Source: Verrucomicrobiota bacterium
Lineage (GTDB): Bacteria; Verrucomicrobiota; Verrucomicrobiia; Limisphaerales; UBA11358
Assembly (NCBI GenBank): GCA_050008355.1
Contig: JBEKMT010000007.1
Location: 7,844 to 71,843, forward strand
Direction of reading: 5' to 3'
DNA length: 64,000 bases
In this document: piece by piece, positions 1 to 10,245 of the stretch
Position numbering within the stretch: the stretch's first letter is position 1
Layout: each line of letters begins with the position of its first letter
The notes under the pieces: model-generated
Told to the model about the DNA's origin: nothing
The model's database searches: none
The model's input: only the letters and a program-made list of their open reading frames with translations
Position numbers and translations under genes: made by a program

Positions 1-1160
1 GCCAGCGACATCGCATATGTGCCGATGGCCGCCAGCACCAGCAGCAACATCGGCAGTCCTTTGACCCCGCTGTGGTAGCCAAAACCCATCGCGATATAAA
101 TGATCGCCAGACCGGCGGCACCGAACAGCATTAGTGGCCGACGTCCGCCACGATCCACGATCACCAGCGCGAACAATGTGAAGACAAGATTCACGGAACC
201 GGTCCACGCGATGTTTTTGAGAACTGACGAAATATCGTAGCCGGCTTGGTGAAAAATCTCCTGTGCGTAATTGAAAATGACATTGATGCCGCACCATTGC
301 TGGAAGACCGCGAGTACCACGCCGAGCGTGATAACCTTGAACATTTTCGGCTCGAGCAGATCGCCAAAACGTACATGTTCGATTTCCTCCGTGGAGAGGG
401 TGGATTTAATCTCTTCGGTCGCCGCGTCCGCATAAATTTTGCCTCCAATCTTTTGCAGGATATCGCGGGCGAGGCTTGCCTTGCCATTTTTCGCCAGCCA
501 GCGCGGGCTTTCAGGCACCAAAAACATTCCGATAAAGAAAAGCAAAGCCGGCGCGGCCGTCAGTCCGAACATCCAGCGCCAGCATTGCTGGCCGAACCAG
601 GAGTTGCGGATGAAGTCGTCGGACGCGCCCGTTGGCAGTTGGTGCCCGAGAAACCAATTGATGTACTGTGCCAGTAGAATGCCGATGACCACGGTGAGTT
701 GATTGATGGCCACCAATTGGCCGCGCATTTGCGCAGGAGCGATTTCCGCGATATACATCGGCGACAAGCTGGACGCCAGACCAATCGCCACGCCGCCAAA
801 GATGCGCCAGCTGATGAAAACCGCAAAATTAGTGGCAAGGGCGTTCCCCAGCGAAGTGACCGCAAAAATCGCGGCGGCGGCAATTAGCAGTCGTTTGCGG
901 CCGAATTTATCGCTCAAGCCACCCGCCGCCAGTGCGCCAAACAGACAACCGATGAGCGCACAGCTGTTTGCCCAACCGATTTGCGCATCTGTCGTCAGCT
1001 CAAAATATGTTTGAAAGAATTGCTTCGCACCGCCGATGACGACCCAATCCCACCCGAATAGTAGCCCACCCATGGCCGCCACCGCGGAAATCAGCCAGAC
1101 ATAACCGAGATTGTATTCGGCTTTGAGTCCTGACGTTTCACTTTGGATTGCAGTAATCAT
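1..1160 (-). CDS. MFS sugar porter (XylE/GalP/AraE family), truncated by the window edge
   Basis: Not in the ORF track. Manual translation from ATG at 1160 gives MITAIQSETSGLKAEYNLGYVWLISAVAAMGGLLFGWDWVVIGGAK...GGLSDKFGRKRLL..., which carries the sugar porter TM1 motif GGLLFG.D and the MFS D.FGRK motif. The frame runs off the left end. Confidence 0.92.
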   Translation of the reverse strand, partial: MITAIQSETSGLKAEYNLGYVWLISAVAAMGGLLFGWDWVVIGGAKQFFQTYFELTTDAQIGWANSCALIGCLFGALAAGGLSDKFGRKRLLIAAAAIFAVTSLGNALATNFAVFISWRIFGGVAIGLASSLSPMYIAEIAPAQMRGQLVAINQLTVVIGILLAQYINWFLGHQLPTGASDDFIRNSWFGQQCWRWMFGLTAAPALLFFIGMFLVPESPRWLAKNGKASLARDILQKIGGKIYADAATEEIKSTLSTEEIEHVRFGDLLEPKMFKVITLGVVLAVFQQWCGINVIFNYAQEIFHQAGYDISSVLKNIAWTGSVNLVFTLFALVIVDRGGRRPLMLFGAAGLAIIYIAMGFGYHSGVKGLPMLLLVLAAIGTYAMSL

Positions 1161-1250
1161 TTCATTTCAGTCTTCGCGACGGAAAACCCATTCGTTTGGT
1201 TGATACGCTTTGTGGAGCCAAGCCATGATGACAAACGGCGCCCCCGCCCG

Positions 1251-1284
1251 GAATGGACATTGCGATGAAGCGCATGGACATTTG
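1251..1284 (-). promoter_or_regulatory. Putative AraC-family operator (TGTCCAT direct repeats 21 bp apart) upstream of the sugar porter
   Basis: Minus strand reads CAAATGTCCATGCGCTTCATCGCAATGTCCATTC, 26/34 identical to the site at 3957-3990. Confidence 0.7.
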
Positions 1285-1334
1285 ACCTAAACCTGAGCTT
1301 CATTTTTCGCGCTTCGAACTCGCATTCCCTAAGA

Positions 1335-2222
1335 CTAGACAACGTAGCGCTGACGGTGTTCAGACGGTGAATGGTTGTGCATCTTTCTGAATGCCCGCGA
1401 AAAATAGAACTGATCGGAGAAACCGAGATGGTCGCTAATCTGTTTGATGGACCAATCCGTTGTGTTCAGCAGCTGCACGGCACGCTGCATCCGCAGGTGG
1501 CTCAAATAAGCCAGCGGTGCATAGCCGGTCACACGCCGGAACAAAGTTGTGTAATGCGAGCGCGATAAATTTACGAGCGCGGCCAGTGTGGCAATGGTCA
1601 AACGCTCGCGCAGGTGGCTTTGCATGAACGCTATGCTGCTATCCATCCGTTCACGAATACTGGTTTCGCCTGACCAGAATTCCTCCTTGTGGCGAAGGAT
1701 TAGTCCCATCAAATGGGCTAGCGAATGAGCGGCGTAAATCAAATGAGTCAGGGTGAAACCGTGTTGCAATCCTTCAAGTACGTCCTCAAATAGCGAAAAT
1801 AATTGCACGTCTCCGCCCAATGAAACCACGGGGGTTTCATCATTAACGCCCAATCGCTCCAGATAGTACGGCACGTTTGAGCCGACGGCATGAAACCAGT
1901 GGATTGTCCATGGATTTTGTTTCGCCGCTCCATAGACATGGGGAACATTCGCATTGATCACCAGCAGTTGATTCTTGCCGATGGCCTGGTGCGATCCGGC
2001 AATTTCACACCAGCCATGGCCCCCGGCGCAATAGATAAAAATCACTTCCGGGCATCCATGTTTTCGGACGCAAGTGTGGCCTTTGGCCTTTGGATAGTAG
2101 CCGGCGTCCGTCGGCAGCAGGTTTTTTAACAACGGATTTTGCAGCAGCGTGGCCAGGACCGGACGCGGCACGACCACGAGGCGCTGGCCTGCAAAACCTT
2201 CGTGTTTCTCGAGTCTTTTCAT
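1335..2222 (-). CDS. AraC-family transcriptional regulator with cupin-type ligand-binding domain
   Basis: N-terminal AraC-binding-like domain (..PHVYGA..PWTIHWFH) and C-terminal double HTH (ISDHLGFSDQFYFSRAFRKMHNHSPSEHR). Likely start is ATG 2222 (MKRLEKHEGF). Confidence 0.92.
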   Translation of the reverse strand: MKRLEKHEGFAGQRLVVVPRPVLATLLQNPLLKNLLPTDAGYYPKAKGHTCVRKHGCPEVIFIYCAGGHGWCEIAGSHQAIGKNQLLVINANVPHVYGAAKQNPWTIHWFHAVGSNVPYYLERLGVNDETPVVSLGGDVQLFSLFEDVLEGLQHGFTLTHLIYAAHSLAHLMGLILRHKEEFWSGETSIRERMDSSIAFMQSHLRERLTIATLAALVNLSRSHYTTLFRRVTGYAPLAYLSHLRMQRAVQLLNTTDWSIKQISDHLGFSDQFYFSRAFRKMHNHSPSEHRQRYVV

Positions 2223-2353
2223 GGAATGAGGAGGGGAAAATGCCGGTTTGCCCAAAAATAGCAAGCCGTCGTCTCAGGTAATCGCCCTGGCAATTTTGTA
2301 ACATTACCTGGCTTGCAAAGCGTCTGATTTGTGGAATTTTGGCTGGCTGCAGC

Positions 2354-3598
2354 ATGAAGAAATTTGTCAAACCGTTCAGTCGCCCGCGAGTGGCTTTGCT
2401 GGTTGAATCTTCCCGCGCCTACGGCCGTGGCATCCTCTCAGGTGTGGCAAAATTTGTTCGTGAACATGATCCGTGGTCCATTTTTTTTCAGGACTTAAAC
2501 CTGTGTGATGACACCCCGGATTGGCTGCAAAACTGGCAAGGCGAAGGCATCATTTCCCGCCTGGAAAATCGGGATGTGGTCCGTGTCATCCAGCGCCTGA
2601 ACGTGCCGGCGGTTTATTTGCGCCATGTCAGTCCCAACTCAAAAATGCCCAGTATTCTTACTGATAACGAGTCCGTATCACGACTGGGGTTTGAGCATTT
2701 GCAGCAACGCGGCTTTCGTCATTACGCCTTTTGCGGCTTTAACGGCGCGGACTATTCCGATGAACGCCGCAACGCCTTTTTGAGGCTGGTGCAGAAGTCG
2801 GGGTTCCGTTGCCACGTTTATACCGACGGACGAAGTCCGGTCAGAGCGGACACCGCGCAATACGAAGGTTGGGGTTTGAAAGATGGCGGACTGGTGGCGG
2901 CTTGGATCAAGCGGCTGCCCAAACCCGTTGGAGTTATGGCCTGCAACGATATGCGGGGCCAGCAGGTGCTGGACGCCTGTCGCGCGATTGGCGTGCCGTC
3001 GCCGGAGGAAGTTGCCGTAATTGGTGCGGACAATGACGATGTCATCTGCAACCTGTGTGACCCTTCGCTTTCCAGTGTCGTCCCCGACACTGGGCGTATC
3101 GGTTACGAAGCCGCCGTGTTGCTGGCACAAATGATGGCGGGAGAAAAACACCCGCCACCTGCGACCTTTGTCGAACCGAGCGGTATCGTTACCCGGCGTT
3201 CAACGGAGGTTCTTGCCATGGAGGACCGGCAAATTGCCGCCGCCACCCGTTTTATTCGCGAACACGCTTGCGAGGGGATAGATGTCAGCGACGTTCTATC
3301 AGCTTTTCCTTTGTCACGCAGCACCATGGACCGGCGGTTTATGAACATCCTGGGTCGTTCACCCAAGGATGAAATCTTGCGCGTCCGGCTGGACCGCGTA
3401 AAACAGCTCCTGGCCGAAACTGACTTTCCTTTGACGCTGATCGCCGAAAAAGTAGGACTCCAACACGTCGAACATTTGAGCCGGATCTTCAAAAACCGGG
3501 TGGGTACCACACCGTCGGAATTCCGTTCGCACGCCCTGGTCAAGGACCGCGCCGATCGCCTGCCTGACGGAAAACTGATTTCAAGGGGGATATCATGA
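2354..3598 (+). CDS. XylR-type hybrid regulator (LacI-like sensor domain plus AraC HTH)
   Basis: RVALLVESSRAYGRGILSGV, KPVGVMACND, PEEVAVIGADND, and C-terminal IAEKVG..HLSRIFK..GTTPSEFR. Likely start ATG 2354. Confidence 0.92.
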   Translation: MKKFVKPFSRPRVALLVESSRAYGRGILSGVAKFVREHDPWSIFFQDLNLCDDTPDWLQNWQGEGIISRLENRDVVRVIQRLNVPAVYLRHVSPNSKMPSILTDNESVSRLGFEHLQQRGFRHYAFCGFNGADYSDERRNAFLRLVQKSGFRCHVYTDGRSPVRADTAQYEGWGLKDGGLVAAWIKRLPKPVGVMACNDMRGQQVLDACRAIGVPSPEEVAVIGADNDDVICNLCDPSLSSVVPDTGRIGYEAAVLLAQMMAGEKHPPPATFVEPSGIVTRRSTEVLAMEDRQIAAATRFIREHACEGIDVSDVLSAFPLSRSTMDRRFMNILGRSPKDEILRVRLDRVKQLLAETDFPLTLIAEKVGLQHVEHLSRIFKNRVGTTPSEFRSHALVKDRADRLPDGKLISRGIS

Positions 3599-3956
3599 AC
3601 ATGGTGTTGCCCACCCCGGCTTGACCCGGCTGGCGGCATTGGTAACGCATTTGGAAAGAATGGTGAAATGACTCCTGACCAAAAACGTCAATTTTTTTCC
3701 CTGATTGTTCATTGGAACAGCTCTGCTCCGATGGTAGATAGTACGCGACACCTTTTGCCGGTCGCACTCATAGCAGCAGATGGTTTGAATGCTGGTTTGC
3801 TCCACGTTCAATATTCTTCGCTGAATGAAAATGCAAGACCGGTGGAAAAAGACACATTAAATTAATGCGTAAGAATCACTAAAAATGGCCAAGAGAATAA
3901 CACTACATGTGTCACCTGCCGTCTTTGCAGTGCCGGCGGTCACTCATTTGAACGGC

Positions 3957-3990
3957 CAAATGTCCATGCGGTTCGGTGATTTGTCTATTC
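3957..3990 (+). promoter_or_regulatory. Putative AraC-family operator upstream of the 4105-10955 operon
   Basis: CAAATGTCCATGCGGTTCGGTGATTTGTCTATTC, with TGTCCAT and TGTCTAT 21 bp apart. It matches the site at 1251-1284. Confidence 0.7.
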
Positions 3991-4104
3991 CTGTGAATAC
4001 TGCTTTATGCGATTTTTATAACATGACCACCAGTTCAAAAATCTAACCGCAACTTGCACCCACGCTCTAACTGATATCCCCCATAAACCCCAACCACATA
4101 AAAC

Positions 4105-7059
4105 ATGAACACACCGAACTTAACGCGCCGCGCTTTCGGCCGGTTTTTTACCTCCGTCAGCTTAATGCTGGTGGCTGCCGGCTCAGCCCGTGCGGATTAC
4201 CAGAGCACAGTGCTCGCTGATAATCCCCTGGCATTTTATGCCCTGAATCCGGCCACGGATCCCGCCGGTACCTCCCCGGATTTGACCGGCAACGGCAACA
4301 ACGGCGTTGCGATTGGGATCTCGGCTGTCGCGGGACCAACAGCCTTTATCACAAATGCAGCATCTTTTGATGGGGAAGCGCTGATTGATTTGAGCGAAGG
4401 CAGCAATCCCAATTTGCTGAACTTTAAGGGTCCAATCACTCTGGAAGCCTGGGCGCAACCTTCCAGCACTTCGCTGTTTGGCGATATCCTTGCCAGAGGT
4501 TATGACCAGGATAATTATAGCGAAATTGCCATCCGGGTTAATGGTCCGTACGGGCAAAATTATTACGGCAGTTCGGGAAGCGTTGGTATTAATGGCGGTA
4601 CGCAAACGACCAATTGGACTTATATCGTCTTATCCAGCGACGGCACCAATTGCAGTCTCTATGAGAATGGTGTGCTGGTGGCCCAACAAGCTGACACGAC
4701 TGGATCCACAACCAATTTTCCTGCTGGAAACGATGATTGGGTCATTGGCAATGGTAGCAGTGCCGGGAACTCCAGGCTCTTCGACGGTGGCATCAGCGAA
4801 GTGGCCATTTATGATCACGGCCTGACCGCAGCCCAGGTCTTAAATCATTATTATGCGGGCGAACTAAATGCTCCCGCCAGCAGCTCTCCCCCCATCATCA
4901 CCACTCAGCCGCAGTCACAACCAAGTTATGTCGGTGGATCGGTGACGTTTACTGTTGGAGTTGTAAGCGCTTATGCCACAACCAATCAATGGTTTTGGAA
5001 TAGTAGCCCGATTAACGGCCAAACTAACGCTTCGCTGACGCTCTCCAATCTGCAGCTCGGCAGCGCCGGTACTTACAGTGTTATCGTCGGTAATATTAAC
5101 GGCACCACCAATAGTTCTTCAGCCACCCTTACCGTCTCCACACCACACGATCTCGAATGGAGTTCTGTTAATAATAATGGCAATTGGGACACCGATACTT
5201 CAACCAACTGGATCAACCTCGCGAACAGTCAGGAAACGGTCTTTAACCCGGGCGACCAGGTTTTGTTCGACGATACACCGGGAGTGCCTACTTCTGTGAC
5301 CGTGAACGGAACGGTTGTTCCCAGCTTGATAACGGTGAATTCCACCAATAATGCCTTCGACATCAGTTCCGGCACCATCAGCGGTTCCGGCGGGTTGATC
5401 AAGGAAGGCCCCAGTACCTTGACTATCACCAGCGCGGGTGGCTTTACCGGTCCGGTGACCATCGGCGGCGGGGTTATCTATGCCGGCAATAATTGTTTTA
5501 ATTCAGTTTCTTCGATTAGCATTACCAATGCCTCCACTTTGGATGTTGGCGGCGGCCAAATCCAGGGCAGCAGACCGGTTACGATATCTGGTGACGGTTT
5601 CAGTGGTGAAGGTGCTCTCTTTAACAGCTACAACAATTACCCCACTGAAGTGATGGATATCACGCTCGCTGGTGACGCCTCTTTCGGTGGCACTGCTCGC
5701 TGGGATCTGGGCTCCGGTTCGCAAATCACCGGGCCTTACACTCTGACGGTCGACTGGTCGGCAGACACGGCCAATGGCTACTATGGCCAATGGAATTCAG
5801 TCGAAATCGGGGCTGATGTGGCTGGTATTACGGTCACCAATGCTCAGAGCGGTAGCGGTGTGACGACAGCGCTCGGGCTGACGGGCATGGACTCGGCTTT
5901 TCAAAATCCTGGCACGCTCGTGACTCTCAACACCAATTGCCAGTTGGTTTTTTATAGTGGTGGATTTAATGGAAGCCTCCATGTCCTTGGCGGCGCGACG
6001 GTCTATCTCGAGACGGAAAACGTGGCGTTCAATGGTGCGAGCCTTACTTTTGAAGGCGGTTCCGCCTGGCAAACCTATTATAATAGTGGCACTAACGCTA
6101 TTAATAGCGCCATCATTTTGGATGGCGTTTCCCACTTCGTGATTGGTGACCACAACATGAATTATACCAACGTGATCAGCGGACCCGGCGGTTTTGTGGA
6201 AGATTATTACAATCACGACATGGTTCTCTCTGCTTCCAACACATATACCGGTCCAACCATCATTGGCAGCAGCGGTAATACCCCGGAGGTTGTCTTGACC
6301 GGAAACGGTTCGATCTCCAGCAGTTCGCTGATTTTCTTCGGCGGTAATATCGCGACGGTGGCCCATATTGATGTGACTGGTCGCTCGGACGACACGCTGA
6401 CGCTGGCCAGCGGGCAGACCCTAGAAGGCATCGGCGGTATCAACGGCAATCTCGTGGTCTCCACCGATGCGATCCTTTCGCCGGGCGGCACCAATACCAC
6501 CATTGGAATCACTACGGGCTCCAACCCTGTTGGGACAGTGGCCGCAAGCGGCAGTGTCACCTTGGACGGTACGACGATTATCAAGCTGGACGGCACGACC
6601 AACGACATTGTTCAGGCAGCGACCGGTATTACTTATGGTGGCACATTGAATCTGGTTAATGTCAGCGGATCGCCACTGGCTGCTGGCAACAGTTTCCCCG
6701 TGTTCGCTGCGGGGAGTTATTCCGGTTCATTTACAGCCATAACGCCGGCAACTCCAGGAACGGGTCTCGCTTGGGACACGTCAAAACTGACCAGCAGCGG
6801 TACGATCAATGTGGTGGCCTCCGGCGGCTCAAGCGTGGTGATCGGGAGTACCACGATCTCGGCTGGAAACTTGGTCTTAGGCGGAACTGGCGGAACGGCG
6901 AACGGCACTTACTATGTGCTGACAGCCACCAATCTGACATCGCCGATCTGGATCCCGGTCTCGACCAACACGTTTGATGCCTCCGGCAATTTCAGCGTCA
7001 CCAATGCCATTAATGCCAATGATCCTCAGCAGTTCTATCGTATTGAACTGGTGCAGTAA
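4105..7059 (+). CDS. Secreted protein: LamG/ConA-like domain, Ig-like domain, autotransporter-associated beta-strand repeats, C-terminal F[FY]R module
   Basis: Signal peptide ending in ARA. LamG motifs ITLEAW and FDGGISEVAIYDHGLTAAQV. Ig motif PIITTQPQSQ...GTYSV. Repeats ISGSGGLIKEGPSTLTI and LSASNTYTGPTII. Ends QQFYRIELVQ. Confidence 0.85.
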   Translation: MNTPNLTRRAFGRFFTSVSLMLVAAGSARADYQSTVLADNPLAFYALNPATDPAGTSPDLTGNGNNGVAIGISAVAGPTAFITNAASFDGEALIDLSEGSNPNLLNFKGPITLEAWAQPSSTSLFGDILARGYDQDNYSEIAIRVNGPYGQNYYGSSGSVGINGGTQTTNWTYIVLSSDGTNCSLYENGVLVAQQADTTGSTTNFPAGNDDWVIGNGSSAGNSRLFDGGISEVAIYDHGLTAAQVLNHYYAGELNAPASSSPPIITTQPQSQPSYVGGSVTFTVGVVSAYATTNQWFWNSSPINGQTNASLTLSNLQLGSAGTYSVIVGNINGTTNSSSATLTVSTPHDLEWSSVNNNGNWDTDTSTNWINLANSQETVFNPGDQVLFDDTPGVPTSVTVNGTVVPSLITVNSTNNAFDISSGTISGSGGLIKEGPSTLTITSAGGFTGPVTIGGGVIYAGNNCFNSVSSISITNASTLDVGGGQIQGSRPVTISGDGFSGEGALFNSYNNYPTEVMDITLAGDASFGGTARWDLGSGSQITGPYTLTVDWSADTANGYYGQWNSVEIGADVAGITVTNAQSGSGVTTALGLTGMDSAFQNPGTLVTLNTNCQLVFYSGGFNGSLHVLGGATVYLETENVAFNGASLTFEGGSAWQTYYNSGTNAINSAIILDGVSHFVIGDHNMNYTNVISGPGGFVEDYYNHDMVLSASNTYTGPTIIGSSGNTPEVVLTGNGSISSSSLIFFGGNIATVAHIDVTGRSDDTLTLASGQTLEGIGGINGNLVVSTDAILSPGGTNTTIGITTGSNPVGTVAASGSVTLDGTTIIKLDGTTNDIVQAATGITYGGTLNLVNVSGSPLAAGNSFPVFAAGSYSGSFTAITPATPGTGLAWDTSKLTSSGTINVVASGGSSVVIGSTTISAGNLVLGGTGGTANGTYYVLTATNLTSPIWIPVSTNTFDASGNFSVTNAINANDPQQFYRIELVQ

Positions 7060-7169
7060 TATTTTGTCTCAAAACAGCGTGACGCTGTAAGAGATTGATT
7101 GAACAGCAAACAGCCGCCGGCTTGACGTTTAGGCTGGCGGCTGGTTTGTCAAAAATGAAAGTACGTAAC

Positions 7170-8000
7170 ATGAAAAGTAACAGGAAAATCAAAGTTGTTT
7201 CGCACCGGGCGGCTGCGTTCACGCTCATTGAGCTATTAGTTGTCATCGCCATCATTGCCATTCTGGCTGCCATGTTATTGCCGGCTCTGGCCAGCGCAAA
7301 ATTGCGCGCCCAGCAGTCCACCTGCATTAACAATCTGAAACAACTGACGCTGTCCGGCCAGATGTATTATGATGACAACAAGACGTTCATCGGCCCGACC
7401 ACCTCCAACCCGGATACCAGCTTGGGCGACTGGATGGGGACGATGCTCGTTTACTATGGTCATGCGACCAACCTGATCTTTGATCCGGCTGCCCCCGACA
7501 AGGGAAATCCCGGCGGACAGAATGCAAACGGATTCGCTGATACGGCCTGGCATTGGACCGTTGGCGGCCCTCCTTACTATGCTGGCAGCTATGGCTTCAA
7601 CAAATGGCTTGAAAGCAATAAGTACTACGGCTATGACGCTCGCAACTTCGGGCAGGAATCGAACGTTCAGCAGCCGGTGATGACTCCTATATTTACGGAT
7701 AGTGCCTGGATCAACTATTACCCGGATGTTGGAGATACACCGCCGACCAGTTTGTATGACCCGATTGATCATCCTGGTGTTAACACGACGGGATTGACAC
7801 GGATATGCATCGCCAGACATGGCGGCAAACCGGCAAGCGCTGCTCCTCGTGCATTGCCTGTCGGTACTACTGCATTGCCCGGAAACATCATAATGGGATT
7901 CTATGACGGCCACGTGGGGTCGGAAAAGCTCCAAACACTTTGGAGCTACTATTGGAATTTGACCTGGGTTCCAAAAGCCAATCCGCCTCCCGTGCTCTAA
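7170..8000 (+). CDS. Prepilin-type N-terminal cleavage/methylation protein of the PVC H-X9-DG (DUF1559-like) class
   Basis: [25 protein letters not shown], then CINNLKQL, and C-terminal RH...GFYDGHV. Start is ATG 7155 or 7170. Confidence 0.9.
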   Translation: MKSNRKIKVVSHRAAAFTLIELLVVIAIIAILAAMLLPALASAKLRAQQSTCINNLKQLTLSGQMYYDDNKTFIGPTTSNPDTSLGDWMGTMLVYYGHATNLIFDPAAPDKGNPGGQNANGFADTAWHWTVGGPPYYAGSYGFNKWLESNKYYGYDARNFGQESNVQQPVMTPIFTDSAWINYYPDVGDTPPTSLYDPIDHPGVNTTGLTRICIARHGGKPASAAPRALPVGTTALPGNIIMGFYDGHVGSEKLQTLWSYYWNLTWVPKANPPPVL

Positions 8001-8001
8001 A

Positions 8002-10245
8002 ATGAAGTTTCCGCGAGGGGTAGGTTGCGGAATCTTGCTGGCAATTGCTTGGTTGCAATCGACCAGCGCCGCCCCCTCCTTCCGGCAGATCGGAAGCACT
8101 TTGGTCATGTCCAACGGCAATGTCCGGTTGGAATACAACTTGGCCGCCGGCACGACCGACTTTTACTGGGCGAATTCCAAGAAGATTTCAGCCTTTTACA
8201 GCGGTGTCGGGCTGAGTTCGGGATATATCGAAGGTCCCGGTTACAGCAGTTGGGGTTATTCTGTTGTCAACAGCAATCAGGCGGTTGTCGTCGCCACCGG
8301 CGGTGGTTTGCCGACGATGAGGCAATATTTCACGCTGGACCAAAACGACAGTTTTTTGGTCCGCGTTGACTTGACAGGAACCAATCTGAGTGCCAACTGG
8401 ATGGGGCCGGTGGTGGTGGATTCGACCGGTGGCGTGGACATCGGTGTAACCAACGATAATCGCGCACTGTACGTGCCATTTGACAACGATGGCTTCGTTT
8501 CCTACAACGCGATGCCGATAAATGACTCCAGCACCAGTTATGAAGTCGGTGCATTTTTCGATAATACCTCCCGAAACGGGTTGGTGGTTGGCTCGGTCAC
8601 CCACGACACTTGGAAAAGTGGAGTTTATTTTAATGGCGCAAATGACAAGCTGAACCAGATGAATGTGTTTGGTGGGGCGACGTCGCCCTGGGATGTCATG
8701 CCGCATGGATTCGTCTCTGGAAACACGATTTCTTCCCCAACGATGTTTGTCGGGTTTGGTGACGACTGGCGGATGATCATGCAGCAGTATGCCGCTGAAA
8801 ACACCAACTTTACGCCACGAATGATCTGCACCAATAGCGTTCCGTTCGGCTGGAATAGTTGGGGCATCATTCAGGAGAATATCAATTATGCTGATGCTAT
8901 TGCTGTCTCCGATTTTTACCACACCAATCTGGAAACAAAGGGTTTTACCAATAGCCAGGGATTGGTTTATATCAACTTGGATTCCTATTGGAACAACCTG
9001 GATTCTTTTGAACTGCAAAGTTTTGTTAATCACTGTCATGCGCGCGGCCAGAGAGCCGGCATTTACTGGGGGCCGTTCGTATGGTTTGGGTCGGCCGCCG
9101 ACGCGACCAACACTTTTGTGGAAGGCACATCCAACACTTATCGGTATGGCGACGTACTGCTGCGGGATGGCAGTGGCAACTTCGAATCTGTCGACGGCGG
9201 ACTGGCCATGGATCCCACGCACCCGGGCACGCGGGAGTTTATCTCGTATTGGGTTAACCAATTCACCAACTACGGGTTCGATTACATCAAACTTGATTTT
9301 CTATCGCACGGCGCTTTGGAAGGGGTTCATTATGACACCAATATAACGACGGGTATTCAGGCCTATAATGAAGGTATGTCGAATGTAATCAGCCAGATCA
9401 ACGGCACCATGTTTGTCAGCGAATCCATCGCGCCGCTGTTCCCGTATCAATACGGCGAAAGCCGACGCATCGCCTGCGACGCGGAGTCTTCTTTGATCAG
9501 CAACACTGAATATACTTTAAACTCGGTCACTTATGGTTGGTGGTTGGACAATTTGTATCAATTCAATGACCCGGATATCATGGTGTTCAATGGCTACGGC
9601 GCCACCGCCAATGAAAGCCAAAGCCGGCTCATTAGCGGAGCGGTTACCGGAGTTTTTCTCGATGGAGACGATTTGACGTCCACCAATGGCCAACAAGCGG
9701 CGGATTCTTTTTTGACCAATGATGCCGTCAACGCCGTTGCCCGCGTTGGCCGGACCTTCACTCCGGTCGAAGGCAATACCGGAACCGGCGCCGCCGATAT
9801 TTTTGTCCGGCAGGACGGGGCAATCTGGTGCATCGCTGTTTTTAATTACACCTCCAGTGCGACGAACGAAACTGTTGATCTGAATCGCGCCGGTCTGCCA
9901 TCGGGAACTTACGTCGCGACTAATTTATGGGATGGAACGACGATGATAGTTTCCAGCACTTTTAATGTCCTCTTGAATCCAAAACAGGCAAAGTTGTTTC
10001 AGTTGGCAAATTATGTCCCTGCTCCGAAATTTACGGACACGAAGATCGTCGGCCGCAACTTGATCCTCAGCGGCAACGGTGGCGCGAACGGAGTCCCTTA
10101 TTATGTCCTCATGGCGACGAACCTGACGACCCCACTCGCCAACTGGGTGGTCGTGACAACAAACTTATTTGACGCCTCTGGCAATTTTATGGTCACCAAC
10201 GCCTTCAACTCAAATAATTTACAACAGTTTTATCGCATCAAATGA
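8002..10245 (+). CDS. Secreted clan GH-D glycosidase (GH27/GH36, alpha-galactosidase-like) with C-terminal F[FY]R module
   Basis: Signal peptide, PFGWNSWG, YINLDSYW, GFDYIKLDF (nucleophile), RRIACD and FNDPD. Melibiase-like C-terminal domain. Ends QQFYRIK. Confidence 0.85.
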   Translation: MKFPRGVGCGILLAIAWLQSTSAAPSFRQIGSTLVMSNGNVRLEYNLAAGTTDFYWANSKKISAFYSGVGLSSGYIEGPGYSSWGYSVVNSNQAVVVATGGGLPTMRQYFTLDQNDSFLVRVDLTGTNLSANWMGPVVVDSTGGVDIGVTNDNRALYVPFDNDGFVSYNAMPINDSSTSYEVGAFFDNTSRNGLVVGSVTHDTWKSGVYFNGANDKLNQMNVFGGATSPWDVMPHGFVSGNTISSPTMFVGFGDDWRMIMQQYAAENTNFTPRMICTNSVPFGWNSWGIIQENINYADAIAVSDFYHTNLETKGFTNSQGLVYINLDSYWNNLDSFELQSFVNHCHARGQRAGIYWGPFVWFGSAADATNTFVEGTSNTYRYGDVLLRDGSGNFESVDGGLAMDPTHPGTREFISYWVNQFTNYGFDYIKLDFLSHGALEGVHYDTNITTGIQAYNEGMSNVISQINGTMFVSESIAPLFPYQYGESRRIACDAESSLISNTEYTLNSVTYGWWLDNLYQFNDPDIMVFNGYGATANESQSRLISGAVTGVFLDGDDLTSTNGQQAADSFLTNDAVNAVARVGRTFTPVEGNTGTGAADIFVRQDGAIWCIAVFNYTSSATNETVDLNRAGLPSGTYVATNLWDGTTMIVSSTFNVLLNPKQAKLFQLANYVPAPKFTDTKIVGRNLILSGNGGANGVPYYVLMATNLTTPLANWVVVTTNLFDASGNFMVTNAFNSNNLQQFYRIK

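Noticed and set aside
3599-3950. Short ORFs (3593-3811, 3668-3865) and possible XylR sites in the intergenic region
   Set aside because: No recognisable protein features or convincing repeat motif. Treated as a regulatory spacer.
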